Shown here in pieces: positions 51,800 to 64,000 of a stretch of DNA of 64,000 nt. Positions within the stretch are counted from its first letter, which is position 1, and the number at the start of each line of letters is the position of its first letter. The translations under genes and the position numbers were made by a program. Source of the DNA: Phoronis australis (taxonomy: Eukaryota > Animalia > Phoronida); NCBI GenBank assembly GCA_002633005.1, contig NMRA01000480.1, forward strand, positions 1 to 64,000, in the 5' to 3' direction. The notes under the pieces were generated by a model. That model had not been told where the DNA came from. It saw only the letters and a list, made by a program, of their open reading frames with translations, and searched no databases.

Positions 51800-52230
51800 G
51801 AATGGGGTTGTTGGCACTGTTGCATATTAACCTCGAAATATTCTATGAAGATGTTGGAGACGATGGGTGAGATGGGATATCCCATGGGCACTCCTCAGAT
51901 CTGATAGTAGAACTAACCGTCATAGACAAAGTAATTCTGTGTTCTAACAAAAAAGCATGACACGATCAACCGGTAGATGGGTGCGATTACTGAGATCACC
52001 GTCGTTCTCTAACCGAGACTTGATAACCGCGATGATTTTGTCCTTGGAAACACTAATGAAGAGAGCAGATACATCATAGGATGGCATCTGACGTCGTGGG
52101 GGTATCTCGAGGTCACTGATTTTGTTGTTGAAGTCTGCAGTGTTGCGGATGTGATCAGGAGACAAAAACCCCAATGGTCCACATAACGTAGAGTTGTCGT
52201 GAGGACTTGACAGGGACCTCAGGGGTCTCA
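51800..52230 (-). mobile_element. Penelope-like reverse transcriptase remnant
   Basis: HIRNTADFNNKISDLEIP...SYDVSALFISV...LENDGDLSNRTHL...GVPMGYPISPIVSNIFIEYFE (typical PLE RT motifs SFDVxSLFT and GxPMGSPLSP). Confidence 0.9.
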
Positions 52231-52784
52231 TACTCCACTGATTTATCCACATTATTTTGAAAACGCTTTGTCCTCTCACACGCTGTGTGTCATAAAAGAG
52301 ATAAGCATACCTGCAGCTAATGCAGCAAGTAGAACTACTCTCGTTTATTACATTGGTGTAGACACACAGTTGAACTGTAGTTTTCTGTTGACTCCGGAAT
52401 GTAAGGAGTTGCACCATATACCAACTCCGTACGGTCTCTCACGACGATTTAGCGTTATGAAGAATGTGCGTTAAACTCTAGCCGGGTTTTAAGTACTACT
52501 GCCAATACAAGAGACACTAGGTCTTAGGGGAGCACCTTGTTTATGAATCTTAGTTAGACCATACAACTAAGGCACTTCGCTGGACGTGGTGTACAGTCAA
52601 TCATACAGATGTTTGGGTATAGGATCTGTTTGTTACCACTCTCTTAGAAAAGTGGTAATTAGTTGTTCATTGTAAGCCCAAACTTAGACCTATTGCTGCT
52701 GTCCACGAACATGCCAGAGATATACATCACCAGATATCAGATGAGGACTTCAGTTCCTGTATATTAAGTCTACACCCACAGAAG

Positions 52785-53045
52785 CGGAAGCGCAGGGTTC
52801 GAGAAATAATTGAGATCCAAGTCCTCGGACCTAGTCTTAACAGAGATCCTGGACTTCAATCTACCTGCAGTGTATTCAGATCTGTAGCGGGATTCCCCCC
52901 GACATTAGGGAGTCACTGGTACTGTTTTTATTGTTTTATTGTACAACGACAGAGGGCACACTCGATGGTGAATCATGTCTGTGAGTTTTTGACGGAATGA
53001 CTGTACACTTACCACATCAAGGCATGGTTCTTTGGTTCCAAAAAG
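52785..53045 (+). mobile_element. Penelope-like 3' end/pLTR in inverted orientation
   Basis: RKRRVREIIEIQVLGPSLNRDPGL, plus a tail shared with 47440-47715 (catcaagg..ggttctttggttccaaaaa). Confidence 0.75.
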
Positions 53046-53203
53046 GATCTTCACTTAATATTTTTATCACTTAAATGGAACCTATTACTATACAAAGTCT
53101 CGTGACCAAATTTGATTGCAAATTGATAGATGTGTTCCCTGGGTTTAAAATTATTGTGGTGGAAAAAAAATGTTTATCCACCGCTCTAAATCCTTAGAGC
53201 CCC

Positions 53204-53540
53204 TCAGTAGTGGATGAATGCAAAGTGTGAGTGAATGAAAATATGGCTATGGTGTGAAAGGCCCTTAGTACTGGATGAATACAAGGGTGTCTGAGTGAAT
53301 GAAAATCTGGCTATGGTGTGAAAGCCCTTATTAGTGAATGAACACAAAGGTGATTGAAAGAAAATCTGGGTATGGTGTGAATGGCCCTTGGTAGTTACAA
53401 AGGGTCGGTGAATGAGTCTGGCTATGGTGTGAAAGGCCCTCAGTCGTGGATGGTGCAAGGGAGGGTGCGTGAATGAGTGTGAAAGGCCCTTAGTACTGGA
53501 TGAACTCAAGGGTGAGTGAATGAGTCTGGCTATGGTGTGA
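53204..53540. repeat. Degenerate ~60-bp tandem repeat
   Basis: Recurrent gtgaatga...tggctatggtgtgaaaggccctt...tggatga units. Confidence 0.85.
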
Positions 53541-53676
53541 AAACAAATACGTAGTGATGCTGACATTAAACAGAATTTTATTCTTTTATCAATCTGTTGT
53601 TAAGGGAATAAATGTATGGCTCTCCGATTGTTCACTACCTTAAGTGACAGTATACTTTTTGCTCTTTATCTTCCAG

Positions 53677-53776
53677 TGTCCGTGGGGCCGAGATGGGTGT
53701 GGCTGCCTTGTTAGGTGGATTTGTGGTTGAGATGATAAGCATCTTGATTGGTTCATTTGTTGTTTACAAGAAAAAG
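53677..53776 (+). CDS. ANKH: ANKH coding exon 12 (VRGAEMGVAALLGGFVVEMISILIGSFVVYKKK)
   Basis: cttccag| acceptor, AAG|gtataa donor; 100 nt; resembles VHGATLGVGSLLAGFVGE...VYRKQ. Confidence 0.93.
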
Positions 53777-53977
53777 GTATAACTTCCTATTATATGTTCA
53801 ACATCATAAGTGCACCTCATAGTCTTAATTGTGTAATCGGTGTATTTTGTGGTAATTAACGCAAATTCTGCAGTTACTTACTGATGGAAATTTTCTCTCG
53901 GGTGTTGTGTAGTTTCCCGTTGAGAGTTTATTCTAGATGAAAACTCAATCAGATCCCTGGTTATCCTACTGAAATTT

Positions 53978-54241
53978 GGCTGGTAATATGCAAGTATGCA
54001 AGACCAGGCTGGTAATATGCAAGTATGCAAGACCAGGCTGGTAATATGCAAGTATGCAAGACCAGGCTGGTAGTATGCAAGTATGCAAGACCAGGCTGGT
54101 AATATGCAAGTATGCAAGACCAGGCTGGTAATATGCAGGTATGCAAGACCAGGCTGGTAATATGCAAGTATGCAAGACCAGGCTGGTAATATGCAAGTAT
54201 GCAAGACCAGGCTGGTAATATGCAGGTATGCAAGACCAGGC
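53978..54241. repeat. 29-bp minisatellite, 9 copies
   Basis: Unit ggctggtaatatgcaagtatgcaagacca. Confidence 0.97.
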
Positions 54242-55681
54242 AAAAAACACAAATTCAAAGCAGATTATTTAGTCACTTGCTACTTAATTAGTGCTATGCT
54301 AATAGTAAAAATGGAAGATTTTGAAATTAGAAATTGCAAAATATATATTTAATGCATTATTTTAACCAAGCTTAAACTGCAAACTCGGAAACTTGCTTTG
54401 TATCATACTAAATAATAATAGCAAGATTATTTACCAATCATAAGACCTCTTCTATCCATATTCTTCACCACCAGCCTTAACTATAAGCAACGACAACTGA
54501 TGTAACTTGGTGGATTGGTTACTTGGTTTAATCCTGACTGTCTCTGGCTAAATATGTACTGTTGCTGAAATGGTTTAACAATATAAAAGGCTGTGAAGAA
54601 AATACTGAAAGAAGGGAACATCTGTTTATGCACATTACTCTGAAGAATGTCTATGTCTTATTGAAAAGATTAAGGGATTGTACAATTTATATTGCAAATT
54701 GTGTTGCAGACTGTTTTCTTGCACTCGTGGTGGGCTCACTGACTTTGACGAGCCGCCAGTCGAGGTTTTTTGACAGCCAGTACTGTAGTATGGGTTTATA
54801 GAATGATGCTTTCAATGAAGAATTATTCCAGTCTTTTGTGAATGATTAAGAACATGTAGTCTCATGTAAAGCATTGTCCAGTATAGATTCATAAGCACTT
54901 TTTTGCAGATATTTTTCATTGGTTTAGAAACGAGCCACATAACTTTTGAACCAGGGAACAATTCACAGTTGCAACTTTACCATTGCGGCATGTATTACAT
55001 AATTATGTAACTTAAATAGGGAACCGTTGGTAGCTCAGCTATGATCATAGGAGATTTGTGACAATCTTTGGAGCATTAGTGCATGTGCTGTTTGCTGTCC
55101 TCAAGGCATCAGTGGAAGGTTATGAACAGACTAGGAACCAAGCAGTCTTAAGTCTGGGACTTAGCTATCGACTCAGAAAAATATGGCAGCTCCATGGGAC
55201 TCGTGATTCGGTGGTGTGAATTGCCAGCTCTACATATTCTCAATGCATGAGATGTGTGGTCTTGTTCACAGACATTTTTTTTCTTCATTAGTAGTGGCTT
55301 CCAAGTTAGCCTGTTTAACTTCAGTCGTGAAATGTTTTTTGGCTATGGATGTGCCTTGTGTCATCAAATTTTGAAGTTTGCAGTTGCACTTCCTGAACTG
55401 TTGCCAAAATACACACTACACTGTTTGGTTATATGTTTGAACCAGAACATGCAGGCATTCAGTGCAGTGCTTTCACTAACACTAAGATCTGTTCTCAAGT
55501 CTAGATTTCAAGCACATTATGATGATCAGAAAACTGAGCCTATTTACAGTTACAACATTCAAATTCCAACCAGGAAGAATTATCCAGAGTTGCCAATTGG
55601 GAAGTGGAGTGGCAGCACCTCATGTGGAACTTCATGCGCCTGGCATGGCAAACGATTTATTAATGGACTGTTTTGTATTCC

Positions 55682-56861
55682 AATAGATGACTATACATTT
55701 GCTATGAGCTGTCGTGGGCAAATGGATGAACATACATTTACTATGAGCTGTCATGGCCTAATAGATGAACATACATTTACTATGAGCTCTCATGGCCAAA
55801 TAGATGAACATACATTTACCATGAGCTGTCATGGCCTAATAGATGAACATACATTTACCATGAGCTGTCATGGCCTAATAGATGAACATACATTTACTAT
55901 GAGCTGTCATGGTCAAATAGATGAACATACATTTACTATGAGCTGTCATGGCCAAAAAGATGAACATGCATTTACTATGAGCTATCATGGCCAAAAAGAT
56001 GAACATACATTTACCATGAGCTGTCATGGCCTAATAGATGAACGTACATTTACCATGAGCTGTCATGGCCTAATAGATGAACATACATTTACCATGAGCT
56101 GCCATGGGCAAATAGATGAACATATATTTACTATGAGCTGTCGTGGCCTAATAGATGAACGTACATTTACTATGAGCTGTCATGGTCAAATAGATGAACG
56201 TACATTTACTATGAGCTGTCCTGGTCAAATAGATGAATGTACATTTACTATGAGCTGTCACGGGCAAATAGATGAACGTACATTTACCATGAGCTGTCAT
56301 GGCCTAATTGATGAACATACATTTACCATGAGCTGTCATGGCCTAATAGATGAACATACATTTACCATGAGCTGTCATGGCCAAATAGATGAACATACAT
56401 TTACTATGAGCTGTCATGGGCAAATAGATGAACATACATTTACCGTGAGCTGTCATGGCCTAATAGATGAACAAACATTTACCATTAGCTGTCATGGACA
56501 AATAGATGAACATAGATTTTCCATGAGCTGTCATGGACAAATAGATGAACATAGCATACATTTATCATGAGCTGTCATGGACAAATAGATGAACATACAT
56601 TTTCCATGAGCTCTCATGGCCAAATAGATGAACATATATTTACCATGAGCTGTCATGGCCAAATAGATGAACATACATTTACCATGAGCTGTCATGGCCA
56701 AATAGATGAACATACATTTACCATGAGCTGTCATGGCCAAATAGATGAACATGCATTTACGATGAGCTGTCATGGCCAAATAGATGAACATACATTTACC
56801 ATGAGCTGTCATGGACAAATAGATGAACATACATTTACCATGAGCTGTCATGGCCAAATAG
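55682..56861. repeat. 39-bp minisatellite, ~30 copies, in the last ANKH intron
   Basis: Unit atagatgaacatacatttaccatgagctgtcatggccaa. Confidence 0.97.
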
Positions 56862-57396
56862 CCCCTTTCTCACCACTTAGTCAGAATTCACATATGTAAC
56901 TTTTTAAGGCAGTGGGTTCACTTTTTTCTTTGCACACCGTTGTTTGGCCATCTACTTTTGTTGTGGCATGTCCCCAGCAAGGAGATTGCTGACAGTGAGC
57001 TCGAGTATGAAGCTATTTTGCAGCTGGCTAAAATGTCTTGCAACCCTTCAAAGTTGTTGTCTTTTTAAGTGGACTACTAAGCATAAACACTGGCAGTCCT
57101 TTCGCAGACAGGTGAAGAATTATTAAACTTACATGTTAATAGGAAGCACTTTCTGGAAATGCGATCAATCACAATATGGTCGCAAATGCTTTTTCAGAGT
57201 AGCCATTCAGTTTGATTACCTGTAAAAGTGTACTTTAAGGTTTGCTGAAATACTGTAAAAAGCCAGTGGACATGAAATTTTGAGTTGAAACCAAACCTGA
57301 TATTTCTGTTGCAAGGGGGTCGCAGCCAAGCGAGATACTATAAAATAGTTTTACCTTGTTTTTTTCTTCATTTCATTATCACAGTCTGTTTTCCAG

Positions 57397-57546
57397 ACAT
57401 TTGATATCCCCCAAGATGGTGAACAAGTGGAGTTACCTGATGCCTATCACCCCAGACAGTCTATGTTGGATATAACAGAACATGGCAAGCCAGAGTGGAC
57501 GCAGTCAAACGGGGGTGTCCCTGACGGTGAATCAACCATCTTATGA
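57397..57546 (+). CDS. ANKH: ANKH probable last coding exon (TFDIPQDGEQVELPDAYHPRQSMLDITEHGKPEWTQSNGGVPDGESTIL*), acidic tail
   Basis: Long pyrimidine tract; acceptor ttccag at 57396 or the in-frame acag at 57384; phase 0 open frame to TGA at 57544-57546, followed by AT-rich UTR-like sequence. Little homology, so inferred from splice signals and composition. Confidence 0.75.
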   Translation, partial: TFDIPQDGEQVELPDAYHPRQSMLDITEHGKPEWTQSNGGVPDGESTIL

Positions 57547-57677
57547 CATGAAGGATTTCTGAAGACTGTTAGTGCTCCTGTGATTAATTTGTTATTAGTG
57601 TCGGTGCCTTGTTTTTTCTTATAAATTATTGTTGTTTTCTGGACAGAAAATTACATTATTGTGTATGAATGCAGGTC

Positions 57678-57683
57678 AATAAA
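57678..57683 (+). promoter_or_regulatory. Candidate polyadenylation signal AATAAA
   Basis: First AATAAA after the stop codon (~130 nt downstream), followed by T-rich sequence. Confidence 0.35.
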
Positions 57684-60379
57684 TATTAGGTCTACTGATT
57701 TTTAATGAAAGAGGTCTTAAATATTTATATGCATAATTATTAATGAATGTGGTAAATTTTTATTTTGAAACATTGTACATTGTAGTGAAGTAGGTTTTTA
57801 TATTTTTACGGTAATGATGTGGTGCCTGGCGTGATTGCAGTTAACTCGTATGATACGATGTGTACAATTGGTTGAGGTAACCAAAATATGAGCATTGTGG
57901 TTGAAACAGGGATGAGACTCTCGAAAGCTGAATAATCACTTCAGTCAGGACCAGATTCCAGGGTTTTCTTTGTCTTGTCATCAATTGAAATTTTAAACAT
58001 GACACCTGCCAGTGAAAGCCCAGCTTATCTGTTACTTGTTTGGCCTGTAATGACACAAAGCACTCGTATGGGGGCTAGAGCCATCTGTTGAGTTCCCTAG
58101 TCACAAACTTATGACTAACTGATCCTTGAAAAATAATGGGGAAACAATCGCATATTTAAAGGGTGTGTGTCAAGCAACCAAACGTGGCATCAATAACAAA
58201 TTCACCATTTGTTCCCTAACTCTCAGGTGAGAGTCCGTTGGGATGCAGGCCTGGCAATAATCCCCCAGGAAACTGTTCCTTGACCAACCACCTAACCCCA
58301 CGCATAAAGGTGACTTCGGGTAACTAGATGATTAAAATCGTGGTAGCGTACTTTAATATTCATACTTGTATCCCAGCTCATCTTTAGTGGCACGATCATC
58401 GTCTTTTTATTATCTTTGTTTCTTTTGTTAGGTGTCCTGCACTGGACAGCCATGATGTTTCCTGCAACTTGTTTAAATACTACATGGTGTTGAATTTTGT
58501 TTCTGTCCTAGTTCCAGCTCCATCTCTTGATATATGGCTGGTTGGCGAGAGAGAGTCAAGGCAGGTGGACTCAATTTAGAGAAATGCCCCTTGTCTCTCT
58601 AGAACATAGGCTTCATCATAATAATATTTGACCCAATTGTGGTTATTTGATTTTGGCTTAAATAAGGTCGGTTTATCAGTTGGAGTCAATATTTGAATTG
58701 GGAGTTCTGTGTAAATCCATTAGGTGATACTCAGCTGAGAGTTTGATAGTAATTTGTGGGTGTATTTATTGTGTTGCTGGAATTTTTTGTTAAATGTTCA
58801 TTTACCTGATCCAGGAAAGGGTATTGTCACGTTTTTTTTAAACCAATCAGTAGGCCCCGTTTATAATTACATTATATTCTTTTAAGGAGAGTTTTAACTC
58901 TTTAAAAAGAGTTGTTTGATTACAGAATGGAGAGAAATCTGTATCAGTGTTTTTGTCCAGCAGCCAAGCTTTGCTCGCATATGTGCAACACAATTACTTG
59001 CATATTTGACGATCGCTTTCAATTCAAAATTTGGAAATTCCTGCACTTTACCGTTCTATGCTAGCAATTAAACCAAAATAGCAGACTAACAAATCTCAAA
59101 TTTCCGCTGTTTTGTTTCTTGGCCGATTTTAAGGCTTTCACATCGCACTAGTTTTTGGAAGCTCTATGGCATACTTAGGTCATAGTGCTAGACATCTATG
59201 CCTACAGTAAGTACAGACATCACTTTTAGATTCCAGTGTTACCCTTTGATCTCCTGCCACCACGCGCGTTCTATGCTGATCAAGCCTGCTCTCGTCGTTT
59301 GCACGATTTCCAGTCATCTAGGCCAACACAAACACCACTCGGACGAAGTTGGTCGGTGCGGCCCGATGCTACGTGAAGCGCTTTGAATTCTAAGCAATTT
59401 CAAAATTATTACTAACTTAGTTATTATTGTAGTTGGAAGGACCAGTACCTGCAACAGGATTGTTGTTGTTTCACCCCCCGGACTTCAACTTCTGAATTGA
59501 ATTTTTATGAAGGAAAATATGTGTGAAAACAGAAAAAATGACGTCAACAAGCCGAACAAATGTCTCTGGTATGTTTTTTATGCAAATTAGAGCCGCATTT
59601 ACCGATTTTGCGTTATTTCGCAAAATGTCGCCGACTATTTCATATAATTGAAAGAACTAAATGTTTGGAATTATGTTTTGTGGGTCAAACATTACATTAG
59701 AACAACAAGTAAGTAATACAAGCTATCTTGAACATGGCACAGGTGTAAAACACTAAACACATGGAGCAGAAGTACTGTGTGGGGCATCAAATTCAGGGCT
59801 TTGATGTTGACCCATCCATGAAAACAAACTGTAGCAGACATTGCAGTCCAAAGCTTTAGAGTACAAACTAACATCAAAATATACAAATGGGCTGTTGACT
59901 TGTATGTCAATCAGTGCGAATCCATTGCTGGGGACAGGGAAAATAGGACTAAATACGAAATTAAGGCAGCTACCGACGCAGATGTAAAAATCATCCCTTT
60001 AAGAAAACAATGAAGTGAAGCTTATCTACTGACATCAAAGAACACTTTGGACCCAAATCCATTCTCCATTTAGACTCTATAAATGAACATGGCGATTTTA
60101 CAATCTTAAGCAATGTGAGAGGAACAGCAAGCGAAAAACTGCAGCAGCTTCATGAAATTCGGGACAAACGTCTCCCATCAGCCATATGATTCTTCACATT
60201 GTACGCAGCCCGTGTGTGATCAGATTCCTTCTGTTCTTCCAAGTGAATCGGAAGAAAATGGGTTATCACAGAAAAAACAATTAACATTTTAGTGCCAAAC
60301 TTCACCGCTTGGGGGACAGTAAAGGTCCAGTGGCACCAAAATCTCAAGTGCCCCATTCGCCGCATAAGCTTTCAACGTC

Positions 60380-60582
60380 ATGCACCATCATGGTCATTTT
60401 TCCACCTGAGTGCATGGTCTGCAGCATCATGGTCATTTTTCCACCTGAGTGCATGGTCTGCACCATCATGGTCATTTTTCCACCTGAGTGCATGGTCTGC
60501 ACCATCATGGTCATTTTTCCACCTGAGTGCATGGTCTGCAGCATCATGGTCATTTTTCCACCTGAGTGCATGGTCTGCAGCA
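60380..60582. repeat. 39-bp minisatellite, 5 copies
   Basis: Unit gcaccatcatggtcatttttccacctgagtgcatggtct. Confidence 0.95.
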
Positions 60583-61645
60583 AAACTGTAACCAAGGATG
60601 GCAGCCATCTTCACAAGAAAAGGCTGAGCCAATATGAATTAATGTATTAAGAGACTTCTTTATTTTAAATTTTCATTTCATTTCTCCACAAACGTGTCAA
60701 GGTATATCATTTGTTGCCCAGTATCAACCTGAGAGCTGTCCCAGATCCATGCTCCTTGTTAAATACCTTGTTCGACTTTCCCCGTGCCATTCTGCACTGA
60801 AACCTCACATCCAATAAGTAAATCACCGAATCACCTTGTACCAACGTGCTTGCGAACCCATAATTGAGCAGTCAAGACAAAGGACAGACAGGTGAAAGAG
60901 TGTTACAAGCTGTGTGATCGTGTGCTCCTATCTTACCAAACTTAATGATTGATTTCTTGCTCACCAATATATGTGAAGTGGACACAGAAGGGGAATAGGA
61001 AGGGTTGTATGGAAGCTTCACGGAAAGCAATGAAAGTGACACGGAGTGTTAGAACATGTAATCGGTGACATCAACACCTAATGATTGTCCATATTTCTGC
61101 AAACCATTTCCCCGAGTTTTTTTCTTGAGATATTTAAAACATTTATGGAAATTTGGCTCGTTAAAGAGCTGATTATCTAAACACTGAAAGTTGCACATTT
61201 AGTGTTTATATTGGCTTATGCACAATTTCAGTGTAGTATTGATTTTAAGTAACCGTATAATACAAATTGGATGAAAAAGATTATGAAGAAAATTATTCCA
61301 TCGTAATGCTTGACCCTCAAAATATCGGTTTTGGCACTTGATTTGTTCACTTACAAGAATAAGAAAGTGGGATGTCGTCATAAAACGAAAAATCGGTAAT
61401 GGCGGCACAAATTTGGATAAAAACGCACGTGGGACACTTTTTCGGCTTGTTAACATCTTTTTTATAGTTTTCACACATATTTTGCTTTGCAAAAATGCAA
61501 TTTAAAAGTTGAATTCCGGGGGTGCACGGGGGCCATTTTTCGACTCATCTAAAGGTCATCTAAAGGTGATCCAGTTTCGGGAAAACTTTATTTTATTATG
61601 GTCATCCTTTGAAGGAGTTTTTTTTGAAAAGGTGAGGTCCCGAAG

Positions 61646-61966
61646 CAGTAGCGGATTTAGGGGGGTGGGGGGCAAGGTGGTCATGCCCCCCCCCCTAAAA
61701 TTCTCCCAGATACCATTTGGGAGTTTGGGGTGCGAATTGTTGAGTTGCATATGTGCGCACCCAGGGAGTTCGGGGGACGAATGCACAATGCACAGGCCTT
61801 GAACAAACCCCGTTTACCGTTTTTTTTTTAGTAATAAGGTCCGTAAACCCAAATATTCGAGACACCAGCATCCCTACATTTTAGGCTGGGCGTGCGCATG
61901 TGGCGAAATTCTGGTTATTCCTGTGCCCTGTCCCCTCCCCAACTCAAAATCCTGGATCCGCCCCTG
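61646..61966. mobile_element. MITE with CAG..CTG ends and 5-bp TSD
   Basis: CGAAG|cagtagcggatttagggg...aaatcctggatccgcccctg|CGAAG. Confidence 0.75.
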
Positions 61967-64000
61967 CGAAGTCCCTGGTATAGTGTCTTTAGGGCTGTTT
62001 CAAAATTCCTTGTTAAAACACGACAGGTAGTCCAGTTTCTGGTGGCTGTGGGGAAAAGGATAGTGTGTCCCAAAAGGTACACACTTCCTGAACGCCTGGA
62101 GTTCAAATTCAGTTCAGGTGGATCACTGAGATCTGCACCGGCCTACTGGATGGCTACATTTTATTTTTAATGTGGGTACGCCAGTCATGACGTGCACGCG
62201 AATCAGGACAAGCAAGCAATCAATTCAGTTTTGAAGAATAAAAATTCATTGGTCATTACCAATTGAAACTAAAAACACCAAGGAAGTGCAAAGACAACCT
62301 TTCCAAGCAACGAGTTTAATTTTATGTATTTAAGGAAAAAATGTTTTTTCTATCTACGGTTTGTGTCGATGTCTTTGGGAGTTATTTTAGATCAGTATGT
62401 AAAAATCGTCTTTGGAGATCGGATTATAGAGGTTTTCCAACTTCAGGCTGCAATTAAATTCACTGAAACATCCTCAATTCTTACAAGATTGGCTTCTTAG
62501 TGTCAAAAATCATCTGTGAATCTATCGATTTTCATAGATACATAAACAAGTAAATCAGAAACCAACGAATGTGTTTATCAAAACGGAATGATATAAGCAA
62601 TTTCCGGGGGATTATGGGAGATGGTGCATTCGTATTAAGGTGTGTTTTTGCTGATGTCAGAGGTACCTATAACGTTTCACGAGGTAAACCTGAACTCCAC
62701 TGACAAAAGGCGCTGAAATCTTTGTTTATGATTGCGAGAGTTCTTTGAGTACCCCCTTTCGACATGTACACGGTCATCACAAATAGTAGCCTAGACAGCA
62801 GTGTTTTCCACATGTGGGATTCCTTACAAACAACTCATAGTAATCATCTTCAAAAGAGATACTATTCTTGTGATAGGCTATTACGGGAAACAGTAACATT
62901 ATATTATTTTATAACTAACCATGCTTTTGTGTAATTCACAAATAGTAGTCTTCAAGTTCTTCATAATTCCAGCCTTTCGATGGCGGTAATCCTACTGTAT
63001 TTTTTCACATTTTTGGTTGTTTGGGTCGAATGGCTGTGCTGTGCACGAGTGTTTTGTGTTTTTTGATGAATTTGGAATCTCAGCTTCCATCGTGAATACT
63101 TGGAAGTGTCGCATTTACAAGTATAGAGGGACAAAGGGACATTTAGTCCCCCAACTACTCCACCGAGAGAGGGTGCCGTCTGAAATGGGACACCTTATGA
63201 TGAAAGGCTAAACAGCATTAAGCTTGAAAAGAAGAGTAACAGTGCATTCCACCGTCGTGTAGTCCCAAAACGGTGCAGGAAGTGACCTCCTTCAACACAT
63301 GAAAGCCGGTTGCCCGATTTCACAAAAAAAACAGGAAAATAGAGGTAAATTCCAACATTGGGCCCTCTCTCCGTGAGCGGCCTCTTAAGAATTTGTCAAT
63401 AAAAACACAAAAAGGGTGGCCACTTGAATGTCATCAATGGCTTCCTTAAAGGGCGGGGCCCCTAAAAATGAAAATATCTACATTTTCAACTATCAGGAAA
63501 CGGACAGCAATTGATGTTATCTGTCTAGTCATCATTTTTTCTCAAGTAATATACAAATTCGAGAAAAAACAAAGCGAAAGTTGTCCCCGTTATCCCTTGC
63601 CAGAGAGGGGTATCTGGAAAAATAGAGTTTTGCATCCCCAAAATTGAATTTAAAAATCCAGTAAATTAGTCCGCTCCGCAAAAGCTTCGCTTTACAAATT
63701 TTCTCAACTTTTCGAAATATATGTATGAATGATTTCGTGCACGTTTCACGTGTGTTTAGATGACCTGTGCTGCAAAAGCAGAGACCCTAACGACGATGTC
63801 CTGGCCAGGGTCCTCAAAAAGTAAACCATGATCTGATGCAGAGTTGTTAAATGGTTCTCTTGAATTTTCTCTCTTATCCGTATTTCCCAGTCTTTCTTTT
63901 CTCGACTGTCCCCGGCCCCATGCCTATGTCAGTTGCCACGGTTTAACCTGACGCCTGAAAATTTTTTTGGGGTGCGGCCCTGAATATGCTGTGTAAACTG

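Larger units (their letters stand above)
5034..57546 (+). other. ANKH: Gene span of a progressive ankylosis protein (ANKH) homologue, 13 coding exons, ~506 aa multipass membrane protein
   Basis: The manually spliced exons give MANRLCSILTMYWPLLKYYLPIVLTGVAPDIAEQ-ALNRGI...FWWPIALVTLVQKVSRPVINIFVAR...LAVTYPVAH...LCIVPLYIFSFFPIP...VYKKK. These match recalled ANKH motifs (YWPL, EQALNRGI, FWWPLAL, SRPIVNLFV, TYPVGH, IFSFFPVP). All introns are GT-AG with compatible phases; total CDS 1521 nt. Confidence 0.95.

Noticed and set aside
48030-51891. Long ORFs of ~300 aa in the ORF track
   Set aside because: They are runs of N (gaps 48188-48993 and 50856-51695) translated as X.
54710-54742. Alternative terminal exon (TVFLHSWWAH*)
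   Set aside because: Weak pyrimidine tract, very short, no supporting homology.
53978-56861. Regular repeats as a CRISPR array
   Set aside because: Units are head-to-tail with no unique spacers, there are no cas genes, and the context is a spliceosomal intron.
62780-63220. Possible decayed transposase coding sequence on the minus strand
   Set aside because: Frames are broken and I could not recognise a diagnostic motif; TBLASTX against repeat libraries is needed.

Overview
Animal genomic DNA, AT-rich, from a draft assembly with N-gaps; the repeat repertoire suggests a marine invertebrate. One intact protein-coding gene spans most of the window on the + strand: a progressive ankylosis protein (ANKH/ANK) homologue. 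I reconstructed 13 coding exons from 5034 to 57546 by hand, all with GT-AG introns and consistent phases, giving about 506 aa. The supplied ORF track misses it almost entirely. The introns are filled with mobile DNA: CR1/L2-type, Tx1 and RNase-H LINE remnants, a Penelope-like element, THAP-bearing Kolobok-type elements, Harbinger-, Mariner-, hAT- and Mutator-type MITEs, Helentron-like (HINE) repeats, many unrelated minisatellites, and an 8.2-kb foldback-like element with kb-scale inverted arms and a 4-bp target duplication. I see no prokaryotic-type system (CRISPR, operon). The least classifiable object is the large foldback element. Comparisons to human ANKH are from memory and need an alignment to confirm.
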